A DNA stretch of 64,000 nt, from positions 1,504,001-1,568,000 of the forward strand of contig CAXXDV010000003.1 of assembly GCA_963674745.2 (NCBI GenBank), in the 5' to 3' direction. Position 1 is the first letter of the stretch. Each line of letters starts with the position of its first letter. The DNA comes from Desulfosudaceae bacterium (lineage in GTDB: Bacteria; Desulfobacterota; Desulfobacteria; Desulfobacterales; Desulfosudaceae). Shown in pieces: positions 9,432 through 18,576 of the stretch. Made by a program: the position numbers and the translations under genes. The notes beneath the pieces were generated by a model. It saw only the letters and a program-made list of their open reading frames with translations. It was not told the origin of the DNA and ran no database searches.

Positions 9432-10487
9432 CTACTTGAGTGGTATTAATTGGAATACCCAAGAAGCTCCTATTCCCTCACTAAATGATTCAGAGAAATA
9501 CTGAGGGGGTACACTCGTAACAACAGTGATTGATCTAATAATATTCGATAAAACCCAGCATGCAACAGTCTGTAATTTTGAACCTAAAATCGCCAAGTGG
9601 ACATCATATTTCTGAAGCAAGGAATCATCAGAAAACAGAAACGAAGAAAATTGTGCTATTGCATTACGATATGCAAAAGTATCCATTTCAATCAATTCTC
9701 TATTTTTTGTGATTTCTTTATTAATATCTTTTAAAGCATCAAGGCGCCATGCATTTATTGACAATCTAGGACGACCTGCAATAAAAAGAAATTGAGAATA
9801 CTCATCTGCGCCAACAATGGCAGCCAACCTAGCATATTTATAGGACAAAAATCCAACCAAAGCACGATTACATCCCGCAGAATCATACCCTTCATGATCG
9901 GGTATAAGCTCAACAAATTGTTCATATCCAAAAAGCCAAGGTTTAGTATCAACTATCTCTGCAATATTTTCGTTGGCTGTCAGTTTTTCTTTAAGTTGCT
10001 CCCAATCCTTTTTTCTAGGCCAATATATATCGGCTTCTGTGTAACCAATGAATATATTTTTGTCACTCTTGTTCGCCGAATCTAACGCACCAAACAAACC
10101 ACGATTAGAGATACTTGTGATATCTATGAGGACATCATTTGTATCGGTTTTGTTTATTGCTTCGCTGACCCATAATCCGGCATTATGATTTTCAATAACA
10201 AACCATCTATTGGGCGCAATTTTTTCAGCCAATTGTTCAATTCGGGCTCTATATTTTTTATTAAGTAACGGGTTGTCAATATACCTCCCAATTACAATTG
10301 ACGATATTTTACAATTATAATATTCAATTTTTTCAAGAATCCCTATTGTTCTTTCTTCAAAACCTTCTGCCATCACAATGCTAAAGGGGTTATCAATTTC
10401 TGCTAACCACTGACTAAAATCTCGCTCGTCATATGAACGATTAAGAAAATCTTTAAGTGCTTCTTCTTCGATACTAACGAAGTCCAT
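9432..10487 (-). CDS. Hypothetical protein, possibly tandem Rossmann/CARF-like
   Basis: 351 aa ORF starting 3 nt after the kinase-ATPase stop; motifs 'GFEERT', 'LIDITSI', 'YTEADIYWP', 'ILGSKLQ'. Confidence 0.55.
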   Translation of the reverse strand: MDFVSIEEEALKDFLNRSYDERDFSQWLAEIDNPFSIVMAEGFEERTIGILEKIEYYNCKISSIVIGRYIDNPLLNKKYRARIEQLAEKIAPNRWFVIENHNAGLWVSEAINKTDTNDVLIDITSISNRGLFGALDSANKSDKNIFIGYTEADIYWPRKKDWEQLKEKLTANENIAEIVDTKPWLFGYEQFVELIPDHEGYDSAGCNRALVGFLSYKYARLAAIVGADEYSQFLFIAGRPRLSINAWRLDALKDINKEITKNRELIEMDTFAYRNAIAQFSSFLFSDDSLLQKYDVHLAILGSKLQTVACWVLSNIIRSITVVTSVPPQYFSESFSEGIGASWVFQLIPLK

Positions 10488-10490
10488 TAC

Positions 10491-13010
10491 TTATTCTCCA
10501 GGGATAAGAGGTGTTTCTTCGGGGTGTTTATTCCATATCATATTAGGGTTAAGTAACCAACTTTGATATTCATGAACAGTTAAAGGAATGGATCCTGATC
10601 GTGTTGGGCTAAATGGAAAACAAGGTGCAAATAAGCGACGGAAATAATATTTTCTTGTAGGTAAGCCTGCCCTGCTTTTACCAGCACCTCCAGGAATTAA
10701 AATGCTATGCCTGAGAAGTTCATCATGTAATTCTTTTGCTTCTGTATTAAGCTCTCCTTCGCCTTCAATTTCAATTCTAAGTCGTTCATCAGCTTGATCT
10801 TTATTTTTTGAATCAAGAAGATATTGTTTGATTAAATTTCCAAGTTTTTCGGCAAATTTATGCAATTGTGGTCCAAATTTTGCGGTAGTGCGAAGATCTG
10901 CTAACTGCCTTTGTGCAAAACGTTTGACAATTTCATCTTGCTCTTTGCTAGATATCTTTTTCACCTTTTTCCCCCATCGTCCCGAAGTAATATTGTTTAA
11001 CAATTCAATAATATAGCTAACGTCTCCTGAGCAAAGGCGACAGATAAGACTAAATCCATAAAATTTTGACTTTCCTGGTGGCTTATAATTACAAATATAT
11101 TTTCCAAAATTCGAGTCAAACTCATGTTCTCCCAAAATATTTTTAAGTTCTAATAAACTACCTTTCTGAGTCGCTTCGAAACGTGCCGTTAAAATTTGTT
11201 CAAAAAAAATCAAACAAGTTTTTTCATCGTTTTGAAAATAAACTTCGCCTAAATTTACTTTCGTGTATTCCCGGCTTTCTTTATATTTTCGATCTAAAGT
11301 ATCCTCAAAGACTGGCCCATCACCTTCACTGCTAAATTTGATTTCCACCTCACTTGAGAGTCTAAATAGAACAGGGCTATATGAAAGGATTGTTAACTGT
11401 GGAAGTATTGTATAACTAAAATCATCCAAAAGAAACCAAATGCTTTTTGATGCAATCCAAGGGATAGACTTTATTGCCCGAGTAAACAGAATTAATGAGT
11501 TGTCACCGCAAATGTTTGAAGGTTTATATGATGATGGATTATAAAGATTGGATAACTCTACGATCCTTCTATCAATAAATCCTATAATATCGTTTACGGT
11601 AGTTATACTTTTATCATTTATCTTTAGGAGCGCCAACATATCGCGTGTTAATGGCTTTAAATCATCATCAGATATTTCTGCAAGGTTTTCAGTTTTAAGC
11701 CAGACAATTGTTCTTAATACTTCAAATAGAAAGTGCGCGTTAATAAATTCCCTACAAAAATCTTCAGCTAATTCTCTATCTTCAATTTCAAGCTTTTTAT
11801 ATGACGAACGAAGAAATGGCGTTCGCAATTCACCAACATTAAGCATGAATGCAATATATTCATTACCATTGAGACGTGTAGCAACTTCTTCAGGTTCTTT
11901 CTCACCAATTTTAGGACGCGCTTGGCTTGAAATCGATAAATATCGTAAGAGCATAGTTTTTCCACAACCACGTGGACCTACAATCAACACAGGTTCTGAT
12001 CTAATAATCTTCTTTTGCCATTCCAAAGAATCTCTGAATAATAAAGCTATGTCTTGTGGTGCAAGGTTTATAGCATTAGTTTTATCTAAAGGCTCCCCAA
12101 AAGATATATTTGATCTTTTTTTCATTTCATTAAATGTTTGAAAATCGTATCCAGTTAAAGAATCCTGTAATGAATTATCTAGTTCAATAATAACATCTGA
12201 AGGAGTAAAATTACGCCGTGAAATATTGGCATCAGAAAGCCTTGAGGCAAGTTGACGTAAACGTCGAGCAAAGGAACGATCTGCTGGGGTTAGTGATTGT
12301 CTGTTGATCATTTCAAATTTAGCAATTAAGCTTAATATGTGCTTACTAAGATATAAATAATCATTACCATCAATTGTTTCAGGTTCTCCCAAGACTAATT
12401 CTTTTACTGAACCAAAATCAATTAATTTTGACTCATACCGTTCTGGAAGGTTTTCATCAGATGCTACTTTTCTTATTAGTATATTGTCATCGTGTAAATC
12501 ATCATGCCAAAGTCCCTTTGAATGCATGCGAGACAATCCACTTGCAATACCCTTTAGAATCCCAACAACATCGCTTTTGTTTAATTCAACCGCGGATTCA
12601 CTGATAAACTTATTTAATGATTGTGCTCTATCAATATATTCAAAAACTATGCATACAATTGATATGTTTTGACCCAACAAATTCACATTCTCTTTTATTT
12701 CTCTAATAAATCTTGCAATATTACGATGCGGAGAACATTCTGCAAGAGCCCTCGCTTCCTTATTCTCTAAAGTCTTTTTTAAACGGTGAGAAGGGATAAT
12801 TTTCATTGCAAATGTTTGATAACTATCTACGACTTTAATTGTCCAACCATAAAAACCACGGCCAATTAAATTTACCATTTCATATTCATGAATTTTTAAA
12901 CTCAGTAATTCACTTTCAATATCAATCGGCTTACTACATTTTGGACAACTTTCATGAATATCTAAAGATTTACCATCGCAAAAAAAGCATCCGAGATCTT
13001 TTGTTGACAT
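10491..13010 (-). CDS. Zn-ribbon + protein kinase + P-loop (ORC/CDC6-like) ATPase fusion
   Basis: CFFC...CPKC; GRGFYG, AMK, HDDLHDDN, IDFG; Walker A GPRGCGKT, Walker B WFLLDD; 'CSGDV' sensor-like motif. Confidence 0.8.
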   Translation of the reverse strand: MSTKDLGCFFCDGKSLDIHESCPKCSKPIDIESELLSLKIHEYEMVNLIGRGFYGWTIKVVDSYQTFAMKIIPSHRLKKTLENKEARALAECSPHRNIARFIREIKENVNLLGQNISIVCIVFEYIDRAQSLNKFISESAVELNKSDVVGILKGIASGLSRMHSKGLWHDDLHDDNILIRKVASDENLPERYESKLIDFGSVKELVLGEPETIDGNDYLYLSKHILSLIAKFEMINRQSLTPADRSFARRLRQLASRLSDANISRRNFTPSDVIIELDNSLQDSLTGYDFQTFNEMKKRSNISFGEPLDKTNAINLAPQDIALLFRDSLEWQKKIIRSEPVLIVGPRGCGKTMLLRYLSISSQARPKIGEKEPEEVATRLNGNEYIAFMLNVGELRTPFLRSSYKKLEIEDRELAEDFCREFINAHFLFEVLRTIVWLKTENLAEISDDDLKPLTRDMLALLKINDKSITTVNDIIGFIDRRIVELSNLYNPSSYKPSNICGDNSLILFTRAIKSIPWIASKSIWFLLDDFSYTILPQLTILSYSPVLFRLSSEVEIKFSSEGDGPVFEDTLDRKYKESREYTKVNLGEVYFQNDEKTCLIFFEQILTARFEATQKGSLLELKNILGEHEFDSNFGKYICNYKPPGKSKFYGFSLICRLCSGDVSYIIELLNNITSGRWGKKVKKISSKEQDEIVKRFAQRQLADLRTTAKFGPQLHKFAEKLGNLIKQYLLDSKNKDQADERLRIEIEGEGELNTEAKELHDELLRHSILIPGGAGKSRAGLPTRKYYFRRLFAPCFPFSPTRSGSIPLTVHEYQSWLLNPNMIWNKHPEETPLIPGE

Positions 13011-13022
13011 TAAATTACTCCC

Positions 13023-13553
13023 TTAATTATCTTTTTCAATCGCCTGAAACATTTGCTTTGATACATTTTCTAACCTATCAAGAACATGACTTACCGAAAA
13101 GCCTGAGATTAAAGCTATAGAATAAAGAAGGTATTGACCTTGGGGTGAAAAGTCTATCTGGTTTCCAGACGAAATAATTTGAAACCCTATAAAACTTAAT
13201 GTATATGTAAGAGCTCCTAAGATAGCCCCCAGCAGAGGTCTTGTGAGATAATAATAAACCCATCCCCAACTCCAATCTAATGATACATTATTGTTGTTAG
13301 CAATGTTTGTACTATATGTAATAAGAGTCTTATAATATTTTCTGATTGCCGCCATGGATGCCCCAAGCATTCCGAATGTGCCACAAATGAAATGTGCTCG
13401 CATAAGTTTGTCATCTTTTAGAAAAGTCACAATATCCAGATGAAATATCGTTATGGCAAATGCCGCTACAATTAAACATATTAAAAGTAAGATCCCGACG
13501 ACATAACATGCAGTAGGATAGTAACAATTATTGTCTGGATTATGCGTTTTCAT
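13023..13553 (-). CDS. Small multi-pass membrane protein
   Basis: About four hydrophobic segments; 'YYYLTRPLLGAILG', 'ALISGFS'; first gene of operon (b). Confidence 0.7.
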   Translation of the reverse strand: MKTHNPDNNCYYPTACYVVGILLLICLIVAAFAITIFHLDIVTFLKDDKLMRAHFICGTFGMLGASMAAIRKYYKTLITYSTNIANNNNVSLDWSWGWVYYYLTRPLLGAILGALTYTLSFIGFQIISSGNQIDFSPQGQYLLYSIALISGFSVSHVLDRLENVSKQMFQAIEKDN

Positions 13554-13647
13554 ATCTTTTTACCCTTAATTTGTTGAGGAGAGGAAATTATTTACGTTGT
13601 TATTACAAATAGCAATTAAGCATAGAGCATTGTTTTCATTATCATTG

Positions 13648-13676
13648 TTTTTATCAATATTGATATTTTGTGTCAA
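13648..13676 (-). promoter_or_regulatory. Putative sigma70 promoter of island operon (b), overlapped by palindrome TATCAATATTGATA
   Basis: Minus strand TTGACA, 17 bp spacer with TGn, TAAAAA; perfect 14 bp palindrome at 13652-13665. Confidence 0.4.
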
Positions 13677-13690
13677 TGTATTTAAATCAA

Positions 13691-13845
13691 TCTTGGTCGG
13701 ACCAGGATAACAGGTTGGACTACTTAAACTGGGTCGGACCTAATAACAGTCTGGTCTGACACAAGATAAACCTCAAAATCACTGCAAGACAAGGCTTAGG
13801 AATTCTGAGGAATTCTGGGAATTCTGGTGCCAGTATACCTATTTC
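13691..13845 (+). repeat. Family E repeat followed by a stuttered family A REP (GGAATTCTG x3, then GTGCCAGTATACCTATTT)
   Basis: 13731-13799 aligns with 41412-41481; 13818-13844 is identical to the left end of the 62213 element. Confidence 0.75.
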
Positions 13846-13856
13846 TGCTCCGTTCA

Positions 13857-14825
13857 TCATCTGTTCCTGTTTAAAATGCTGATGATCAACCGTTTGACGG
13901 TTTCCATTTCATCCGGCCTGCTGACGGCGACAAATAGAGTCAGGCTGGCCAGCGCTTCATTGCTTATGGTGAGGCTCTCTTTTTCAGGGCGCAGACGGTT
14001 GTTCTTTTCCAGAAACAGAAGAAAGCATGCGGCGGCAATGCGCTTGTTGCCGTCAACAAAAGCGTGGTTTTTTACAACCAGATAGAGCAGGGTAGCGGCT
14101 TTCTCCTCAAAGGTGGGATACAGGTCTTTCTTGCCGAAGCCCTGGCGGATCTGCGCAACGGCGCTTTTAAAACTGTCATCGCGTTCCTGCCCGAAGACCC
14201 TGGAATTAAACTCAGCCCGCATCTGCTCCACAATGTCTATATAGTCTTCATAGACGGGATAGGTGACCCGCTTTTTGGTTGCGCCGCGGGCGTCAAGGGT
14301 TTCATGATCGTAATCGTCCAGCAGCCGCAGTCCCGCGGCATACAGGTTAAGCCATTTAAAATCCGCGTCCGTCGCCTGGTCTTCAATGGCCCGGCTTAAA
14401 ATGCGGATGCCGTCTTTCAGATGCCGCACCTCCTGCTGTTTCTGGGCCAGCCGCTTTTCGTTGATGGCGTAACCCTGCACCAGATAGTCTTTGAGGCGCT
14501 TGGTGGCCCACTGGCGGAACTGGGTGCCCCGCTGCGATTTTACGCGGTAACCCACGGAAATAATAACGTCGAGGTTGTAAAAAGCAACGGGCTTATCTGA
14601 ATCTGCAATATGCATTTTTTGCATATTGCTTTTCCGATCAAGTTCTCTTTCTTTAAATACATTATTGATATGCCGGGATATGACGGATTGATCTCGCTGA
14701 AATAACAGCGTTAATTGTTCCTGGCTCAGCCACACGGTTTCCTTGTCCAGGTTGACCTTAAGCTCGACCTGATTATCCGGCGAACGATAAATTTCCACTG
14801 CGGCCCGTTCATCTTTTCTGTTCAT
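13857..14825 (-). CDS. RhuM-family DNA-binding domain + Fic/Doc domain protein
   Basis: 'YNLDVIISVGYRVKSQRGTQFRQWAT'; Fic/Doc motif HAFVDGNKR. Confidence 0.9.
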   Translation of the reverse strand: MNRKDERAAVEIYRSPDNQVELKVNLDKETVWLSQEQLTLLFQRDQSVISRHINNVFKERELDRKSNMQKMHIADSDKPVAFYNLDVIISVGYRVKSQRGTQFRQWATKRLKDYLVQGYAINEKRLAQKQQEVRHLKDGIRILSRAIEDQATDADFKWLNLYAAGLRLLDDYDHETLDARGATKKRVTYPVYEDYIDIVEQMRAEFNSRVFGQERDDSFKSAVAQIRQGFGKKDLYPTFEEKAATLLYLVVKNHAFVDGNKRIAAACFLLFLEKNNRLRPEKESLTISNEALASLTLFVAVSRPDEMETVKRLIISILNRNR

Positions 14826-15057
14826 CTTTTTACCTTGCCTCCATCCATGGGGTTAATATTTTGCTCCATCAAATCTATTTGGAAAATCGGGGGACAGATT
14901 ACGAATTATTGATCTTTGCCCCTTATTATGTTTAGCCATTTTTACCATTAATTACAAGTCAAGTGATAAGACAAGGTTGTCGGCAGATGCGCTACGCTTA
15001 TCGGCCCTGGGGAGATTGATATGAAAAGATTATTTCTTGATGACTGTTTACAAAAAT

Positions 15058-15243
15058 GGATCCCCCGGTCAAGCCGGAGGATGACCTCGGAGGGGATGGG
15101 GGCAATTTATCTGGATGCCGGATCGGCGGCATGACGAGGTGGTATTAGGCCAATTGGTGGATGCGCTGTGCTTATCCACCCTACGATTCAGGTCCGGGAT
15201 GACGAAGGAAGTGGGTTCCCCGGTCGAGCCGGAGGATGACCTC
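15058..15243. repeat. Cluster of family B palindromic repeats (GGAT..CCGG.C.AGCCGG..GATGAC)
   Basis: About four short hairpin units ending in ATGAC; similar units at 41560, 51433-51662, 55886-56013 and 63258. Confidence 0.7.
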
Positions 15244-15257
15244 GGTGTGAATTCTTA

Positions 15258-17798
15258 TCACTTCGGCCTGGGCTTGACCCGGTCCGTGGGTTTCGCGTTC
15301 AGGGGATCATCGGGCCAGTAATGCTTGGGGTAGCGCCCTTTGAGTTCTTTTTTTACGGCCGGATAACTGTTGCGCCAGAAGCCGGCCAGATCCCGGGTGA
15401 TCTGAGCCGGACGGCCGGCGGGAGAGAGCAGATGCAGTTGCAGCGGCAGACGACCGTGGACGATGGCGGGCGTATCCGCGGCGCCAAACATCTCCTGAAT
15501 CCGCACCGCCAGAACCGGTATTTCCGCGCTGTAATCGATGGGCCGGCGTGCGCCGGCGGGCACCACCACATGGGTGGGGGCCAGGGTGTCGAGCTGCTGC
15601 CGCTGCCGCCAGGACAGCCGGCTGTGCAGCGCGTTCCCCAGGTCCAGGCGCGCCAGCGCCCTGATGCTGGTGATGCCTTCCAGAAAGGGCTCCAGCCACG
15701 TTTCCAGATCAGCGGCCAGCGCCGCATCGGACAGGTCCGGCCAGTCTTCTTCCCCTGATGCGGCCCTTCGCAGCAGCATGACGCGGGCCTGCCAGGTGCG
15801 CAGGGCCCGAGTCCAGGGCAGAACGTCAATACCGGTTTTCCGGATGCCCGTTATCATGGCGGCGGTCAGGGCACGGGGATCGGGGCTGTTCAGAGGCTCA
15901 CTGCGCAGCGTAAGTGCATCCAGGATCAGCCGGCGCTCAGCGGCCACGGCCTGGCGCTGTTCATCCCAGACCACCCTGTCCTGCCATTGCACCCGGTGGC
16001 TGAATTGTTCCATCAGCGTGTCGCGATCATAAGCGGCGGCCATGAAAATGCGGGCCTCGCGGCGCTCGCCGTCCAGTTCGGCGATCACCAGAAAATCATG
16101 GGCGCCGAGAGGTTCGGGCGGCTTGAAAAAGGCGCCCCGGCCGCAGGTCATGAGATAACGGCCGGCACCGTCGGACCGCCGACAGGCAATACGGTCCGGA
16201 TAGGCCCAGGCCAGCAGACGGCCCACCTCGGGCGGCGCTTCCGGCCCGGTGTTTATATTCAGGCGCTGCCGCAGTAAAGCCGCGACTTTTACAATTCTGC
16301 GCATGGCACCATTGTCCACGCTGCAATCGGGAAGGCTGACAGGGGTGTGCGCCTTAAAGGCGTGCAGGGCATCAAGCCTGAGGCGCAGGTCGGCGTCCCG
16401 CAGGCCGCCTGTAAAAAAAAGCGGATCGCGTTCGCTTAAAATTGCCGCCAGTTCGCAGGCCGTGCGACCCATATCCGCCTTTCGGGCAGAAAGGACCATA
16501 TGCGCCAGACGTGGATGCATGGGCAGTTCCGCCATGAGGCGGCCGTGGGCGGTAATTTTACCCCGGTCATCCACGGCCCCCAGTTCGGCCAAGAGGCGCC
16601 GGGCCTGTTCAAAAGCCCCTGGCGGCGGCGGGTCCAGCCAGCCGAGCGCATCGGTCGATGTCACGCCCCACTCCGCCAGCTCCAGTGCCAGACCGGCCAG
16701 ATCCGTGTCCAGGATTTCAGGCCGGTTATGGGCGGCCAGTGTCGTATGAGCGGCTTCGCTCCACAGCCGGTAGCAGATTCCCGGCCCCAGGCGCCCTGCC
16801 CTGCCCCGCCGCTGATCGGCCGAGGCCCGGGACACCGGCAGGGTTACCAGCCGCGTCATGCCGGCACGGGGATCAAAGCGCGGGGCCCGCCGCAGGCCAC
16901 TGTCCACCACCACCCCGATCTGCTCGATGGTCAGGCTGGTTTCGGCAATCGATGTGGTCAGCACTATTTTACCACGCCCGGCCGGCGGCGGAGCGATGGC
17001 AGCATCCTGTCGATCGCGGGGCAAGTTGCCATAAAGGAGGGCCACATCCCAGCGGTCCGGCAAACCGGCCTCGGCCAGCAGGCGGGCCACCCGCCGGATC
17101 TCCGGAGCGCCGGGAAGAAAGACGAGCAGGTTGCCTTCTTCGGCGGCCGTGGATCGTAAAATGATTTCCATAACCGCGCGTTCAATAAAGTCCGGCTGAC
17201 GCGGAGGGACATAGCGGGTTTCCACGGGAAAGGAGCGACCCTGGCATTGAATCAGCGGCGCATTGTCCAACAGCGAGGTAACGGCCGCGGGGTCCAGCGT
17301 GGCCGACATTACCAGCAGTTTCAGGTGCTCGTTGAAATGTTCCTGGACCTCACGGCACAGGGCCAGCCCCAGATCGGCATCCAGGCTGCGCTCATGAAAT
17401 TCGTCAAAGATCACGATCCCCACGCCGGCCAGTCCGGGATCGGACTGCAGCATGCGGGTAAGCACGCCTTCGGTGATGACCTCGATGCGGGTGCGCGGGC
17501 CCACCCGGCTCTCCATGCGGATGCGATAGCCCACGGTCTCCCCCACCGGTTCCTTCAGCAGGGCGGCCATGCGGAAGGCCGCGGCGCGGGCTGCCAGACG
17601 GCGCGGCGCCAGAAGCAGTATCCGTCTGCCCTCCAGCCATGGGGCCGGCAGCAGTGCAAGGGGTATGGCGGTGGTTTTACCGGCCCCCGGCGGCGCAACC
17701 AGCACGGCGGACCGGTTACGGTTCAACACCGCCTCCAGTTCCTCAAGCACAGCGGCTATCCCGCATATTTCATGAAATTTTTCGACATGGATAATCAT
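15258..17798 (-). CDS. hrpB: ATP-dependent RNA helicase HrpB
   Basis: APPGAGKT, DEFHER, MSAT, QRRGRAGR; C-terminal 'LLSPAGRPAQIT.DL.GFW...YPKHYWPDDP'. Start uncertain. Confidence 0.95.
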   Translation of the reverse strand: MIIHVEKFHEICGIAAVLEELEAVLNRNRSAVLVAPPGAGKTTAIPLALLPAPWLEGRRILLLAPRRLAARAAAFRMAALLKEPVGETVGYRIRMESRVGPRTRIEVITEGVLTRMLQSDPGLAGVGIVIFDEFHERSLDADLGLALCREVQEHFNEHLKLLVMSATLDPAAVTSLLDNAPLIQCQGRSFPVETRYVPPRQPDFIERAVMEIILRSTAAEEGNLLVFLPGAPEIRRVARLLAEAGLPDRWDVALLYGNLPRDRQDAAIAPPPAGRGKIVLTTSIAETSLTIEQIGVVVDSGLRRAPRFDPRAGMTRLVTLPVSRASADQRRGRAGRLGPGICYRLWSEAAHTTLAAHNRPEILDTDLAGLALELAEWGVTSTDALGWLDPPPPGAFEQARRLLAELGAVDDRGKITAHGRLMAELPMHPRLAHMVLSARKADMGRTACELAAILSERDPLFFTGGLRDADLRLRLDALHAFKAHTPVSLPDCSVDNGAMRRIVKVAALLRQRLNINTGPEAPPEVGRLLAWAYPDRIACRRSDGAGRYLMTCGRGAFFKPPEPLGAHDFLVIAELDGERREARIFMAAAYDRDTLMEQFSHRVQWQDRVVWDEQRQAVAAERRLILDALTLRSEPLNSPDPRALTAAMITGIRKTGIDVLPWTRALRTWQARVMLLRRAASGEEDWPDLSDAALAADLETWLEPFLEGITSIRALARLDLGNALHSRLSWRQRQQLDTLAPTHVVVPAGARRPIDYSAEIPVLAVRIQEMFGAADTPAIVHGRLPLQLHLLSPAGRPAQITRDLAGFWRNSYPAVKKELKGRYPKHYWPDDPLNAKPTDRVKPRPK

Positions 17799-17872
17799 GT
17801 ATATCAAATACAAACTGTTGCAATAAAATGTAATCGTTTTTTCAAAATACAAACTTTCATGAGCGAATAGAA

Positions 17873-18029
17873 GGATTTCACGCCAATTTTATGTCGAAAA
17901 TTTCACCCTTCGGGCGAGTCGCCTTGACCGCACCCGCTATGTTGCAGGCCGCTTGCAGTAGATTTACTACAGCTTCGCGTCCTGCGCCTTGCGGTTGCGG
18001 CCAAATCAACTCGTGAAATATCCGGGCTA
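17873..18029. repeat. Palindromic MITE/REP-like element
   Basis: Ends ATTTCACG / CGTGAAAT; internal long imperfect hairpin (TTGACCGCA...TGCGGCCAA). Confidence 0.5.
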
Positions 18030-18047
18030 TGGGAAGGCGAGGGATAG

Positions 18048-18353
18048 TCAGGGGAGAGTGATCTTTCGTTTTTCAGGATCCTGGTGCTGCCTGAAGAGAA
18101 TCGCCGTATGGCCGATGGTTCCGGCTACCTCACATTGAGTCTCGACTTCAATGCGTTCGATGAGCTCTTTTTTTTGATCTTTTTCTTTAAAAGCAAGAAA
18201 CTGTAATTTTATAAGTTCATGGGTATCAAGGGCTTCATTGATTGTTCGAATAACGGCATCTGTTATTCCTTTTTGACCAATTGACACCACAGGCTTAAGG
18301 CTGTGAGCAAGCCCTCTTAAATATTTTCGTTGAGATCCCTTTAACTGCGTCAT
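18048..18353 (-). CDS. yhbY: YhbY/CRM-domain RNA-binding protein
   Basis: 'QRKYLRGLAHSLKPVVSIGQKG...HELIK...GTIGHTAILFR'. Confidence 0.93.
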   Translation of the reverse strand: MTQLKGSQRKYLRGLAHSLKPVVSIGQKGITDAVIRTINEALDTHELIKLQFLAFKEKDQKKELIERIEVETQCEVAGTIGHTAILFRQHQDPEKRKITLP

Positions 18354-18576
18354 CGTTTTTTATTTCCTTTTTTAGTAAAGGGGGTCATATCTCTTCAGAC
18401 ACGCCCCGTATCATCAATTCATACCATACTTTTTGGGATTTACAAATGTCCCGGAATTACTTTACGGAGCCAACATAACAAGCATGAACGGTCTTGTAAA
18501 TCATATGCTTTTTCACTTATATTCTAAAGACAAGGGGATATGTTGTGAATCGAATCAAATGTAACGGGAGGGGATA

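Noticed and set aside
13691..13830. Short repeats (GGTCGGACC units, GGAATTCTG x3) as a CRISPR array
   Set aside because: Units are degenerate, spacing is irregular and no cas genes are present
8206..17852. Complete Druantia system using the nearby helicase
   Set aside because: The helicase is an ordinary GC-rich HrpB with no DUF1998 region; DruB-E were not recognised
15307..17870. Many 60-220 aa ORFs overlapping hrpB, and similar overlapping ORFs across other GC-rich genes
   Set aside because: Antisense or alternate-frame shadows of well-supported genes, with no motifs of their own
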